From positions 248,001 through 312,000 of the forward strand of contig JALDTO010000251.1 in the NCBI GenBank assembly GCA_023515725.1: 64,000 nucleotides of DNA. Direction: 5' to 3'. Below, one piece after another: positions 22,800-35,430 of the stretch; within the stretch, counting starts at the first letter, position 1, and each line of letters opens with the position of its first letter. A program made the position numbers and the translations under genes. The notes under the pieces are model-generated. The model made no database searches and was not told where the DNA came from. It was given only the letters and a program-made list of their open reading frames with translations. Source of the DNA: Amoeboaphelidium protococcarum X5 (lineage: Eukaryota > Fungi > Aphelidiomycota).

Positions 22800-23200
22800 T
22801 TAAATTAACTCACAGAGACCATCTAAAATCATTTGCAATCACACCTCAGATACCCACATTGACAACTTTACTTAAAGGATGTGCCTTTGTAGGAGTAGCA
22901 GTGGCTCTCGGCATACAATACACCTTTGCCATTCTTGATCTTTTTATAGCACTAGAATTCAGCAGCGTTGAAGACTGTCCCACCGTCATCGACTAAATTA
23001 CCTTGCAAGTATTGAGAATGCAAGGTAACATTTCCAAACGTGCTCCTACACCCTGACATGCACCGATGCAATAATCCACATTTACAGTTGCGACATCGGT
23101 GAACCTTTGTTTGTCAGGAGCGATTGTCCTATTCTCAATAGCTATGACAGCGGCAAAGTCATGCTCGTCATTTAGAACGCCAACAGAAATTTCATGCCAG
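22800..23200 (-). pseudogene. Diverged inverted paralog of the 21640-22040 segment
   Basis: NDEHDFAAVIAIENRTIAPDKQRFTDVATV vs NEEIDFAALVPVELRTLAPDRQSFADVATV; VLYAESHCYSYKG vs VLYADSHCYSCKG. Confidence 0.75.
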
Positions 23201-23573
23201 TAGATTCCGAAAGTGCATTAGCAACTTATCAGGGCTTCAGTGTTAATAACAACTTTTCATTATTAGACTCAGCCATGTTATACCTTGCAATATTAAGTAG
23301 TTGCAGACTGCCAAAAAGAGCCAACGGTAATATTTCGCACACAGTGGATCTGTTGTGTAAGCGGTCAAAGTCAGTTGCTGTACCTAACCATTTAGAAGAC
23401 TGATGCCCATACAATACCGTTGATTGACATATTTTTCAAACAATAAGATCTGACCGCTAATACTAATAGATAAAAAATGCCTTTTAACTACTCGAATTGT
23501 TGATAGAACCAGACTGATGCAAATTTCGCGTGACTTCATATAGTTGATGAGAGCCAGTTGAAGTTATAATCTA

Positions 23574-24335
23574 TCATATAATCAGATATATTATCAATCC
23601 AGTAAGGAGAGATGATACAAGGTTGACAGCTTCATTGGATAAAAGAGGCACTCCCTATGTTCTTCTAATACCTTGCCCCGGATGTTTGCATATTTTACCA
23701 GATTCAACATGAACATACGTCGCTTGTAGTGTTGCACCTAATACAGCATCCAGCAACATGCCAAGCATTGCCGCACTAATATGAATACCAAGCATTTCAC
23801 TCGGCGCATAGTATCTAGTAGTAAAATTCAACAACAAGGCTGAGAGAAGACACGCGACACACCCCAAGACACTAATTGCACCATTAGTACCTCTAGGAAC
23901 GCGACGCATTGTCCAGACAGAATATGGATCTCCTTGACTGAGCATTCCTATCTCTGACGCGAGGGTGTCTCCCAAATTGCAAGCATAAATTGCAGTGAAT
24001 GCTTCGCACAGTCCCGGTAGTGGATATTACATATACACCTGATACAATGACAATAAAGCGGGTACACCAGCTATACACAAAACTTGCGTCACGGTCCTAC
24101 CAGACGTCGCACCATCAGTAGATTCAAACTGTGCTTTACTCTACTTCTTATACTTAGTAGCAATAGTTCCATACGCGTACATTGCAACCATAGTCAGAAT
24201 GTAATAAGTTCCAGCGAGACTATGCAGCACACCTAGTATCCATCCCACAACGGCGGCATTACAAGTCAATGATTTCCGCTTATACCCATGCCACATCATA
24301 ATCGCTCCCAGAGTTATCCATACCAGTTGATTCAT
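23574..24335 (-). CDS. TMEM19/DUF92 membrane protein
   Basis: GDTLASEIG, VPRGTNGAIS, DAVLGATLQ, LSNEAVNL motifs. Single frame to TGA 23574-23576. Confidence 0.9.
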
Positions 24336-24589
24336 TTATAAAATCATTAGTAATTCTCAAACTACACTTTCTCACTGCTAATCAATTAAAGATTACAGTA
24401 GTTTTGATAGTGGCGCAGGAGTGAACGGAGTCTTCGCTTATCAATGAACTCGCCTTTATCTCGCCCTCACTATACCGGTAGGTCGAATGTACTTTTATAA
24501 GGACAAATAGGCTTACAGCCTTTTTTTAAATTATAAAGCGGTCAATGAAGCTATTTTATTGAGAGATTGAAGTTTCCACGCTTGACAAA

Positions 24590-25007
24590 GATTGTACTAT
24601 AGACTTGGAGCCTGGTGCCAAACCTCCTGTTGGTAAAATGTACAAATTGACTCAGGAAGAAGATGCTGTCATGCGTGACTGGCTGAAAAAGAATGTGGAC
24701 CGTGGCTTTATTCGTAAGAGTTAATCGCCATATGGTGTTCCCTGCTTCTTCGTGCGTAAGGCTGACTGGACATAGTACTCTAAATTAAGACTCTTTATGG
24801 ACTATTGCGGTTTGAATAAGATAACTATCAAAAATCGGAATCTTCTGCCTAATATTTCTGACATTTTCGCTCTCTATAGAAAATAAAGTTGTTTACTGCC
24901 TTGGATTTAGATGGTGCATTTGAGCTTCTGCGTGTCAAAGCTGGTCATGAAGCTAAACCGCTTTTCTCACTAAGTATGGTCAATACTATTTTCTGGTAAT
25001 GCCATTA
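24590..25007 (+). pseudogene. Degenerate RT fragment of the same gypsy family
   Basis: Colinear with 16505-16925 (gagcctgg..aaacctcctgttggtaa...gctggtcatgaagctaaa) with 1-bp deletions. No LTR seen nearby. Confidence 0.88.
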
Positions 25008-26265
25008 GTCTCAGTATACTGTTAATCAGGTTTTGAGTATGGACATAATAATGCAGATTTATATAATTGTGTTGAATGGAACATAGTAGTGTCTCATTGT
25101 GCGCCTTGAAGGATGACCTCACTAAAACCAGGATCAAGAAGAAGTCAATGCTTGAATACAACAAAACTCTCCTTGTAGGCACGTTGGAGTTTTAGAATGA
25201 AGTCACATATCGTAGCTTTGTGGACCTCCATGACTCCGCGATTTAGAGCAATAAGAGACTCGTCGATCATAGAGAGTTTTATATTCATGCGTAATAGTGG
25301 GCGCGTCACGGCAATGTGTACTTATAGTAACACAATTAATAGCGTGTTTTGAGTATATAGCAGACGGCTCGTTGGTTGCTCAGACAAATGTACAATGACT
25401 TTGGTGCCTTACGCCGTGTAACAAATGAAAACTTTGACTAGTATCTCGTGCTAGCATATTGAATGTCGCGACATGTTGAAGACTTGGCGCACTAAAATGC
25501 TTAGACTGCCTCATTGCCATTTCTACTGCCACAATTCAGTGTCGCACATCATCACATCAAGCTGACGGACGCAATGGTCAGAAGATGTCAGTGTTGCGGA
25601 GACGTGGGTGGGTATCCAAAGGTTTTAACACTAGAAGCTTCTAGGCCAAATTGACCGGTCATATAGTTACTGAGATGCACTCGGTCAGTTTTATCATCCG
25701 CGCTGGCAATCACAGAGAAGTCATTGGCGAAGGTTAATTGCAATAGTTTCTCAACGAGGAGAATATTGCCGTTGGCGATACCATGCTGGAGGAGTTTGAT
25801 GATGGCCAAGAAAATTTGGTGGTTGACAATCGCGTCCCGTCTCCTCAATGAGAAAATTTTTTTTTGGACCCCAACCGTTTGGACAATCCAGAATTTGCTC
25901 GCCTGTTTTAAGCATGAGATACAAAGTATATGGTTTTTGACGCTGGAATACTGAGTAGCTTGTGTTTGGTTCAAAATACTAGTTGACGTGTCAGTCTTGC
26001 TTTGTAATGTTCAATGTTCTGAAATAACGATAGGAGCTGGCAGTAATCTAATAAATTAAACATGAGTTAACAAGATCTGCGCCTTCATACCTTGAATCTT
26101 CTTTCAATTTTGAGTGTCGTTTTCTCTTTTGAGATAGTACAAGTAATCGTGAACCACGAATAGGAACTATAAAAAGTCAAAATGCTAATTAGCAAGTAAA
26201 ATCACAGTAAATAGTATTAATAAGCAACAACTTTATAAAACAACAACTTAGAGAGGCAAGGTTAA

Positions 26266-29200
26266 TCAATCTTTAGAGGACATGGAGATTCGCCTTAATT
26301 TGTTGGCGACTTGCTAAGTCTTACTAGGCTACTATTTCTTATCGCCAACATCTCTGGAAGGAGGCAGTTGAGGTGGAGAAGTAGCCGCCGTCTGAGAAGT
26401 GGACTTTATACCGGGATTTCCAGGCAGAGCATTATTAAGAGCATCGCCGAGATTCTTGCTGGGAGCAGGCGCTTTGCTCTTCTTTCTTTATTGAGGTGCG
26501 AATCCAGAGTGTATGAACGCTTTACCGCTCTTAATAGATGATATTAAATCATCCAACTCTCCATCTTTACCAGCATCACCACCACCACCATTATTGTCAA
26601 CGTCATTCTTACTATTACCAAGAACAGATTTGCCAGGCGCACCGCTCTACGCGCCCTTCTTCAATGTCATCATCTTATTACGCTCCATCTTCTCCTTCTC
26701 TTTCTTCTCCAACTCCAACTATCTCTAGATGAATGCTTCATTGTCGGCCTTCGACTGATTATACGCGGCAATAAATGCTTGCACTTTTCCAAAGAACTCG
26801 GACGGTACAGCAGTCTTACCATCCTCACAAAATAATTTACAGACTGAAATGTATGCAGCATCTGCATCCTTGAACGCACTGTCCAGCTGCTCTTACTTTT
26901 TCTGTGCACCTTTCACCCACTCTGACATCACGGATGAAAATTTATCAGTAGGATCTCGCGGATCTTTTGCAATATTGTCCAATAAGACACTGATGTCCTT
27001 AATTCCATTCTTCAATTGAGCCAGAGTCTATCGAAGAACCGGAAGCTCAACTTTCACAGCCAACTCGACTGATTTCAGCTCATCCTACCATCCTTTGGCA
27101 TCGGTAAGATTCTAATCTACAAGATCGACCAGATAATGTAGCAGAGTATGCCTTCTGTTCTCCATCGTCGATCTAACATCACCTAGCTTGAGAAGTGACT
27201 CCAACTTGTATCCATATGCACCACCTTTCTGGCCAGAGTTCATATAGTTACCGAGTGCGAGAATAATCTGCAACAACTCTCTAAACTTCTTACTAGTCTA
27301 AAGCTCTTTCGATCCCATAACCCAACTCTTGATCATCCTCTTGGCATCTTCACACCACTCATCGTACATGCCGCGCACGTACAGCGCTTTAATTCTATCA
27401 CCGTAACGATTGATGCGAGAAAGTTCCCAGAAAAATTTCTCCGGAGCAGCCATATTCTGGACATCATTCTCAAAAGGCTGGAGCATTTACACTTCATCAG
27501 CAGTTGGAACAATCTTGAGCAGCTCAGTGATCAGTGATGGTGGAAGAAGTTTACTATCGACGTTAAATATACCGCGTCTAATGTCTTCAGATTGTAATTT
27601 AAGAGATTTTAAAAGGATATTCACATTCTACGATCTCTTAGAGTCGAGCACTGTAATCTTTGGAGCTTCTGCAGCGACATTGTCAGACGATAGAGCTGAA
27701 GATAAATTGGCCTTACTTTCAGCGCGGTCAACATCCTTCTTCTAAAATGCACTGAACAGAGACTCAAAAGCATCATAATTCATCTTCTTATGAACAGGAG
27801 CATCATCCAGCTATTTCCATACGGTATCTGCAATCTCAGCATTATTCACTTTCGTCCATTGGAGAGGTTTCAACGGCTTCTGGGACAATTTGTTCTTCTT
27901 AGCTGGGAGTCCACCCGGCATCGCACTAGCAGCTTATCCGAAAGGAGGTGGAGGAGGTGCACCACCCATTCCCGGAGCTGGCGGCGGCGGAGGAGCACCA
28001 GACATTCCAGGAGGAGCCGGTGGAGGTGGAGGAGGTGGACCTGAAGGGACAGCAGCTTCCGACTGTGTTGGGCTACTAGGACTTGCGGAATCAGACGACG
28101 ATTATTTATCACCACCAGCACCGGAAGATGATCCGCCACCTCCAGAACCAGCTGTTACCAGAGAACTATCCTTGATAGCCTGCAGGATGGCATCATTATT
28201 AGCGAAACGCTCCTTCAGCAGATTTTCAAGTCTCGCCAATTCCTTCTTATGATTAACCAGATCAGTGTTCAATTCTTCCTCCCGCTTCGTCTTGGCCTTG
28301 ACAGTCTCCTCAGCCTTGGATAACTCTTTCATAAAAGTCTCCTTCTAAGATTCAACTTCCTTGACAGCTTTATTAGCGCGATCAGACTGCTTCTTCATCT
28401 TATCCTCAGCATCACGCACCTTGTCTGAATCGGCCATATCATTAATTAGCTAATCACGGTCAATCTTAATCGCGGCAAAATCAGGATCTACATCTTGACC
28501 ATCTTTCTGCAAGATAATCTATTTGGTCAGAAGCTCAATAATTGTCCAGTATTTGGTCAACTTCAATGGATTTTATGGCACCAGAAGTGCATGCTTCAGA
28601 GACCCGAGAAAGTAAGTGTATGATCTTGTATTCTTGAGACTATTGTTTAATACTCTAAATACTTCTTCTGCATCATCAACTCCATCTACAGACTTGCCGC
28701 CTTATGAGAAAGCGTAATCATAACGCTTGGCCAGCTCCTCCTCATCAGCAGCCTGTCGATCTTGAAAGACTGACAGCTGCAGATCCAAGAAATCATGTTC
28801 AGCCTCACTCAATCGATCCACAATTTCATCAATACCCAGCTTTATAAACTCCCATCTCATACTCAATCTGAAATCCAAATCTTTGCCGGGACCACCATTA
28901 ATGACGGAATTCATAAATGACAATGCAGCAATCTGTAAATCGATGATACGCTCAAATTTTTCATCAGGCCGACCACTAACACTTCCACTGAGATTACCAC
29001 CTCGCATAGTGACATCATACGCCAGACAATTAACAACAGTTTCAAATCTGGCCTTTTCACCAATTTTCTGCTAAAATCTTCGCATACATTCCAGAATTCG
29101 TTTATGTCCACCAGGTATGAGACATACGGCAGCCAGCATCTCCAACACCAAAGTCCTCGTCTTCAAAGATGGTGATCGCATAGAGAGAGTGATAACAAGC

Positions 29201-29736
29201 AAAGACTCTGGATGAGCCATGACATGACTTAATCCGGCATTATTATTCATGAGAGATTTCAGACACTTTATACACAACTCTTCATGCTCGATATCCTTCT
29301 TACTCACAGTATCCCGCTGTTCCATACTACTCAAATAATTCAGCAATAGAGTCAGACCTTCATTCTCTACAAACTTCATAATCCACCTAATGGGCCGCGC
29401 ACGAAGAGACACCACCAAATCTGATAACAGCTATGTTGTAGGCTCATTCCGCAACTGTGTGATAATCTACTCATAATCATTCTCAGAGCTATTCCCCTTA
29501 CGTTCATTGATATGCGCCTGCACAATCATCCACTTTCTCTCAGCTGGAAACTGTCTCATTGCCTCCTTCTTATCACGGCCAAGATTCAAATCTTCCAACA
29601 TGGCATCGAATAACGTATTCAGCTCCTCCACCGGCGGCATTGGCGGTAATTCATGCGGAGACAGCAGACTTCCATCTGCAATTGGTTTTCCCACAGACTC
29701 TTTATAATGCTTCTTTCCACTGAATATATTCCCCAT
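26266..29736 (-). CDS. Diaphanous/DAAM-like formin (GBD/FH3, FH1, FH2, DAD)
   Basis: MGN start, KWMIV, LRARPIRWIMKFV, poly-Pro FH1, PLKPLQWTK, LALGNYMN...GAYGYKL, DAD-like GELDDLISSIKSGKAF. One frame to TGA. Confidence 0.93.
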
Positions 29737-30043
29737 AAATATATATACAAATGTATTATTAAATTATCTAAAATTTTTATACAAAGAGAACTACAGCACT
29801 AAAGCACCCCTTTATCAGTTACATACAAACTATGCTTTTGAAGTGTGAAATGCAAAGAGGAAAACAAACAACGAGACAATGAACGAGCGAGCGAGCGAAA
29901 CAAAAGACTAAACAATAATGAAACGCGCCCGTTTGAAACGAATCTCTGAGCATTTTATTGTGAATATTGTATTAACAAAATTAGCAAAGTGATGGGGGAG
30001 TGAATAAAAGATACGTACATAAAATCGTATAATATTTATACAC

Positions 30044-30667
30044 TCAGTATGAAGCATCATTGTCACCATCTTCGGATAAATCATCTCCTTCGCCATTATC
30101 AAAGTAGGACTCTATGTAATCATTCTCCTCCTCTTCATCTGATATATCCAACTCCTCTTCTTGCTATTATTGCTAATCATCATCTTCATCATCCACCCCT
30201 TGTCCATTATCCTACTCATCACCACCGCCACTTTATGTATTCTTGCGACCACCTGCAGATTATGCAGTAGATCCACCACCTTAACGCGCCTGTGCCACAG
30301 TATCGTTCAGTGCCTTCATCATATCGAGCTGTCCGAAACGCGCCTACTGCTGTTACTTCATCCGCCGTTGAGCTGACGCGGCAACAAACAACTCTGTCGG
30401 GAATAAACTCTAATCTGCCACGACTTGGTCCAACGGCCGCCTCTCTAGCTCTTTGACGCGAAACATGTCAGAGTATCGTTCCACTTAATTATTATTATTA
30501 CTATTATTATTCTTGCTTTATTGTTGTTTCTGGTAATCATCTATAAATGTGTAAAATGGACTCTATCGCCACTGTTCCACCAATTCAATCTACCACTGCA
30601 CCTCTTCCCTGAGTTGATCTAGAGATACATCTGGCACAAAATCAATTGGCTACACTAGTATGAACAT
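30044..30667 (-). CDS. RPC31: RNA polymerase III subunit C31 (RPC7)
   Basis: QSPFY, VERYSD, LFPTEL and acidic tail ENDYIESYFDNGEGDD. Missed by the ORF track because of many TAR codons. Confidence 0.82.
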
Positions 30668-31058
30668 TTGTATGTATTTGGTTAATATCACTACAATCAA
30701 TTAAATTGACTTACTGGATAGGTTTATCGAGGTCCTTGAGGCTGTAAATCAGCATTCTTGTCTTTATTTCCCCATTTATTTTAGCTCTTTAAACGCGACA
30801 TTTTGAATTCGTAATTAACTAAACAAATTTAATGATATTCGTACCTTCTCACTTACTGAATTGATCAGAGCAGAACAGAGAGGGCCGAATGATGATCGAC
30901 AACCGAAAGCTTTTTGGGATTTTCATTTTTTCATGTTTTTCTTCTATTCGCTTGTACACCTACCAGATCCACTTCACTCTATATCAATTATATCATCTCA
31001 CAGTTCTTATTGGACTGCTATTTTACTATACTTTTTATATCGATTCTACCCTCTAGTC

Positions 31059-34000
31059 ATGTTTGCTGATGATTCTGATGTTGAAGATGGATAGTCGTAG
31101 TTGAAGTAGGTGAATGCTGGTAAGTAAGTGCCATCTGGTGATAAGAAACGCGTACATGATGGTGACTCTGAACATACTATTGCTGGCTAATCATAATAGT
31201 CTACTCTCAAAAAGTAACGATCCACTGTTAATTAATAATAATAATAACAGGCTGATAATACTTCTCATCAATCTAAAGAAGCTGCAGTGGTTGGTGACTA
31301 TTTTGAGACGGAGGCAGAGAGTCAGTTCCAGTAGGCAAAGGTTGATGCCGAAACTGGAAAGATCATGTCTAGTAAGGAGCAGTAGGAGACTATTAAGCTA
31401 CAGCACGCCATCAGACACGATGTTGCTATTCCTCCTGGCTATGCTTATGTTCCGATGAATCAGCACATTCCGTGGGATCCTCCTGCCAAATCGTATCCCT
31501 TCACTCTCGATCCTTTCTAATAGACTGCCATTGCGAGTATTGAGCGTAATGAAAGTGTCCTCGTTGCTGCTCATACCAGTGCTGGTAAGACTGTGGTGGC
31601 AGAGTATGCTATATCTGCTGCCCTCAAGTAAAAGCAGCGCGTTATTTACACTAGTCCTATTAAAGTATGTTTTTATTAACGCACTCTCACACACACATAT
31701 CCTGTTGGTGAGTATCGATTGAATGTATGTCTCTTAGATTCCTTAACTATATAGCTGTAAGGCTATGTACCTTATAACCAGCTTAACAGATAGTCAATGG
31801 AGTGATGACGAATACTGCGTTCTTCATGAGCCATACTTTATTGCTATTTAGACGGCGATGAAATTCATATATCAATTGTTCCTTCTGACTATTGACTATC
31901 TGTTATGTATCTGCGTGTATCAGACTATATTGGAACAGCTCTGAATGTACTCAATCATACCATTAATCAGGGATGTGTGTGTGTTTGTGTAATTATTTAT
32001 TAACGATATACTAACTCCTCTTATTTAAATGTAGGCTCTGTCTAATCAAAAGTATCGAGAAATGGCTGAAGAGTTTGGCGATGTTGGCCTCATGACTGGA
32101 GATGTTACTATTAATCCATCAGCATCGCTCCTGGTTATGACTACTGAAATTTTGCGCTCAATGATGTATCGCGGCTCTGAGGTTATGCGTGAAGTTGCCT
32201 GGGTCATATTTGATGAGATTCACTACATGCGCGACAAGGAGCGAGGTGTGGTGTGGGAGGAGTCTATTATTCTACTACCTCACAAGGTGCGATATGTATT
32301 CCTCTCTGCCACTATACCTAATGCCAAGTAGTTTGCTGAGTGGATTTGCAAGACTCATAACTAACCTTGTCACGTTGTATACACCAATTTCCGACCTGTG
32401 CCTCTATAACATGTAAGTATTCTCTATATATGTGTGCTGCGTCTATCTCTCTCCTCTCTGTCTCTCATAATGATAGTCTTATCATGGAGTGGTGTTTACA
32501 ATGATGAAAACTGTTATGGAGCTAACTGCTTCAAGGCTTGTATTTAGTCTTTGCAGTGATGCAGCAATTATATGTCATAGTTATTCTGAGTATACACTTC
32601 TCTTTTACTAGATGCTATTTGATGGAGTAATTGTATAATGATTATGGAGAGAGAATAGATGCATAAGCACCAGTTTATAGTTCTTAATAGATACTAATTT
32701 GTGTTTAATGTGTAGTATGTATTTCCATAAGGTGGTGATGGTATTCACTTGTGTGTCGATGAGAAGGGAACTTTCAAGGAGGAGAACTTTGCTAAGGCCA
32801 TCGCCAATGTACAGACAACTGTTACTGATGGCAAAGCCAATGCTGCACGTGGGCGCAAAGGAGGTAAGAAGGATTTGAGTCGAGACTCGGACTTGTTCAA
32901 GTTGATGAAGATGATTTGGCTTCGTAATTATTAGCCGGTGATTGTTTTCAGCTTCAGTAAGAGAGAGTGTGAAGGATATGCCATGCAGTTATCTAAACTC
33001 GATTTCAACAATGACACGGAGAAGGAGTTGGTGTCTGAAATTTACAAAAATGCCATGGCTGGTCTATCTGAAGATGATCAGTAATTGCCTTAAATTTTAC
33101 ACCTGCTGCCTCTACTACAACGTGGTATTGGTATCCATCATTCTGGTCTCTTGTAGATTTTGAAAGAAGTCATCGAAATTCTGTTCCAGGAAGGACTGAT
33201 TAAAGTATTATTTGCCACGGAGACATTCTCCATTGGTCTCAATATGCCAGCCAAGACTGTAGTATTCACGTCTGTTGAAAAGTTTGATGGTGCTCAGACT
33301 CGTCCGCTTGGTAGTGGAGAATATATTCAAATGTCAGGCAGAGCTGGTAGACGTGGACTTGATGACAGAGGTATAGTTATAATGATGGTTGGTAAGAAGC
33401 TGGAACCCGATGTGGCCAAGACTATGCTCAAAGGTGAGCCAGATGTCCTGAACTCGGCATACCATCTCACTTACTCAATGATTCTTAACCTCATGCGCAT
33501 TGAAGGTCTAAGTCCACAGTACATGTTGGAGCGATCATTCTATCAGTATTAGCACAGCGATAATGTTCCGCATCTATTGGAATAAGTCTAATCCTTACGG
33601 TCAGAAATGGAATCGCTTTAGATTGACAGTGAGGATGTCGTCAAAGAGTATTATGATGCCTCATAGAAAGTGCTGTAGCTGTATGATCAATTTAGAGCTG
33701 TTATCACCCATCCTGATTACTGCTTACCATTTATTAAGCCTGGCCGATTGGTGGAAGTTAAAAAGTCTATTGACAATGGTCAATAATTGCTCAATTATGG
33801 CTGGTGTACAGTTGTTAATTGTAATAAGAAGACTGTGAAGAGAAAAGGTTGTGATGATGAAATTGTGTATCTTGTTGATATCCTGGCCAAGTGTGACGTG
33901 TCTAATCCTCAAAAAGTCTCATCTGATGGAGATTATCCGCCTGCTGCTGTTGCCGTTACTGATAGTTATTCCTCATCCTCATCTAATCGGACTGAAATTA

Positions 34001-34962
34001 TGCTCATGGTCATCAATCTGAGGGACATCTGCAACATTTCTAGTGTCAAAATACATTTACCTAAAGACTTAAACAGTTCCCTATCTAGAGGGCAAGTTGG
34101 TGCCACTGTAGATGAAGTTTGCCGCAGATTTGATGGCTCTGTCCCATTGCTGGATCCAGTGAAGGATATGAATATCAAAGATGATACTTTCAATCAGCTG
34201 CTCAATGATATAAAAATGCATGGTGAGATTGTTGCTAATAATGCTTATGGAATTGCCGGTGAAAGAGATCCGTAACTGCACCAAGATTATTAGAATTACT
34301 TGCATAAAATGGATCTGAAAAAGAAGCATGATGCTTTGTAAAAGACTTTGGATGATACTCAGTCCATATTACAATTGGATGAACTGAGGCATAGAATAGA
34401 TATCCTCAGGCGACTTGAGTATCTGGACGAGCGCGATTTGGTCAGCTTGAAGGGTAGAATAGCCTGTGAGATTACAACTGGCGATGAGCTGGTCATTGGT
34501 GAACTGCTGTTCAATGGTGCCTTTAATGATCTGTCCATACCACAAATTGTGGCCCTTCTATCTTGTATTGTCACTTAGGAACGGTCCAACAATGAAGTTG
34601 TGCTGAGATCAGAGATGGTTGACTGTGTGAGATTGTTGAAGGATACGGCGCGTAAAGTGGCATAGCTGTCCGTAGAGTGCCTTTTGCAGATTGACCCTGA
34701 ACAGTACGTGAATGATTTCAGAACTGATATGGTCAACGCTCTCTATGCGTGGGCTGATGGAGCCAAATTCAGTGAAATCTGCAAAATGACAGACATCTTT
34801 GAAGGTAGTGTAATTAGGATTATTCGTCGGCTGGAAGAGTTGCTACGCCAGATGGTGGCGGCTTCAAAGTAGATTGGAAATCAGCACTTGGAGTAGAAGT
34901 TTACCGAGTGTGGTGACAAGATAAGACGCGACATTGTATTCGCTGCCAGTTTATACTTGTGA
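31059..34962 (+). CDS. MTR4: Nuclear exosome RNA helicase Mtr4; introns 31665-32034 and 32413-32715
   Basis: [12 protein letters not shown]|ALSNQKY, DEIHY, LSAT, PLQH|[15 protein letters not shown]-terminal [16 protein letters not shown] introns restore the motifs. Confidence 0.97.
31795..31895 (+). ncRNA. Intronic C/D box snoRNA with guides for 5.8S and 18S rRNA
   Basis: Box C GTGATGA 31802-31808, D' ATGA 31826-31829, C' GCGATGA 31855-31861, D CTGA 31885-31888. Guides CTGCGTTCTTC and CAATTGTTCCT. 15-bp closing stem. Confidence 0.85.
32495..32595 (+). ncRNA. Intronic C/D box snoRNA, snR63/SNORD46-like
   Basis: Box C ATGATGA 32501-32507, box D CTGA 32586-32589. Guide GTCATAGTTA is complementary to LSU rRNA TAACTATGAC. 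Confidence 0.82.
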
Positions 34963-35171
34963 AAATAATATATAGAGTTGTTTTGCTGTTTAATCTTCAT
35001 GTTATTCTCAGTGTGGCGTCTACTACTTTACATTTTCGACAGTGATCACTTGACCACTTCTCAGAAGGTGGCGGCCCCTTAATAAATACGGCGGCTCCTA
35101 TCACTACACTCCTTCTAATTACTTTTCTATATCTTACTGCGATCTTAGATTATTCTAACAGTTACATCAAA

Positions 35172-35430
35172 ATGGATTCATAATCTCAATCTCCGTCTTA
35201 ATTGCGCGCTTATTTTGAAAAGGTACGTAGTACGGCGTCTCATATTTTAATGATGAACAATTATTGTTACGTTATGCGATCATTGAGTGTAGCTGGCCAA
35301 TCCCCCAACACCAAGCAAGTCGAAGTGGTCTCCGTCAAAGTGCTCCTCTCCTGAAGGCTTGTATGTGAAGAATCCAAATCATTTGTAGAAGGGACCTCCT
35401 CCTAAGAAGACTTTTGCTGAACTTCCATGA
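35172..35430 (+). CDS. Small spliced 62-aa protein (intron 35223-35292)
   Basis: MDSQSQSPSQLRAYFEK|LANPPTPSKSKWSPSKCSSPEGLYVKNPNHLQKGPPPKKTFAELP*. A GTACGT...TAG intron keeps the frame. Confidence 0.55.

Noticed and set aside
25010-25860. ORF-like remnants after the RT fragment
   Set aside because: Broken by TGA or frameshifts, with no recognisable motif.
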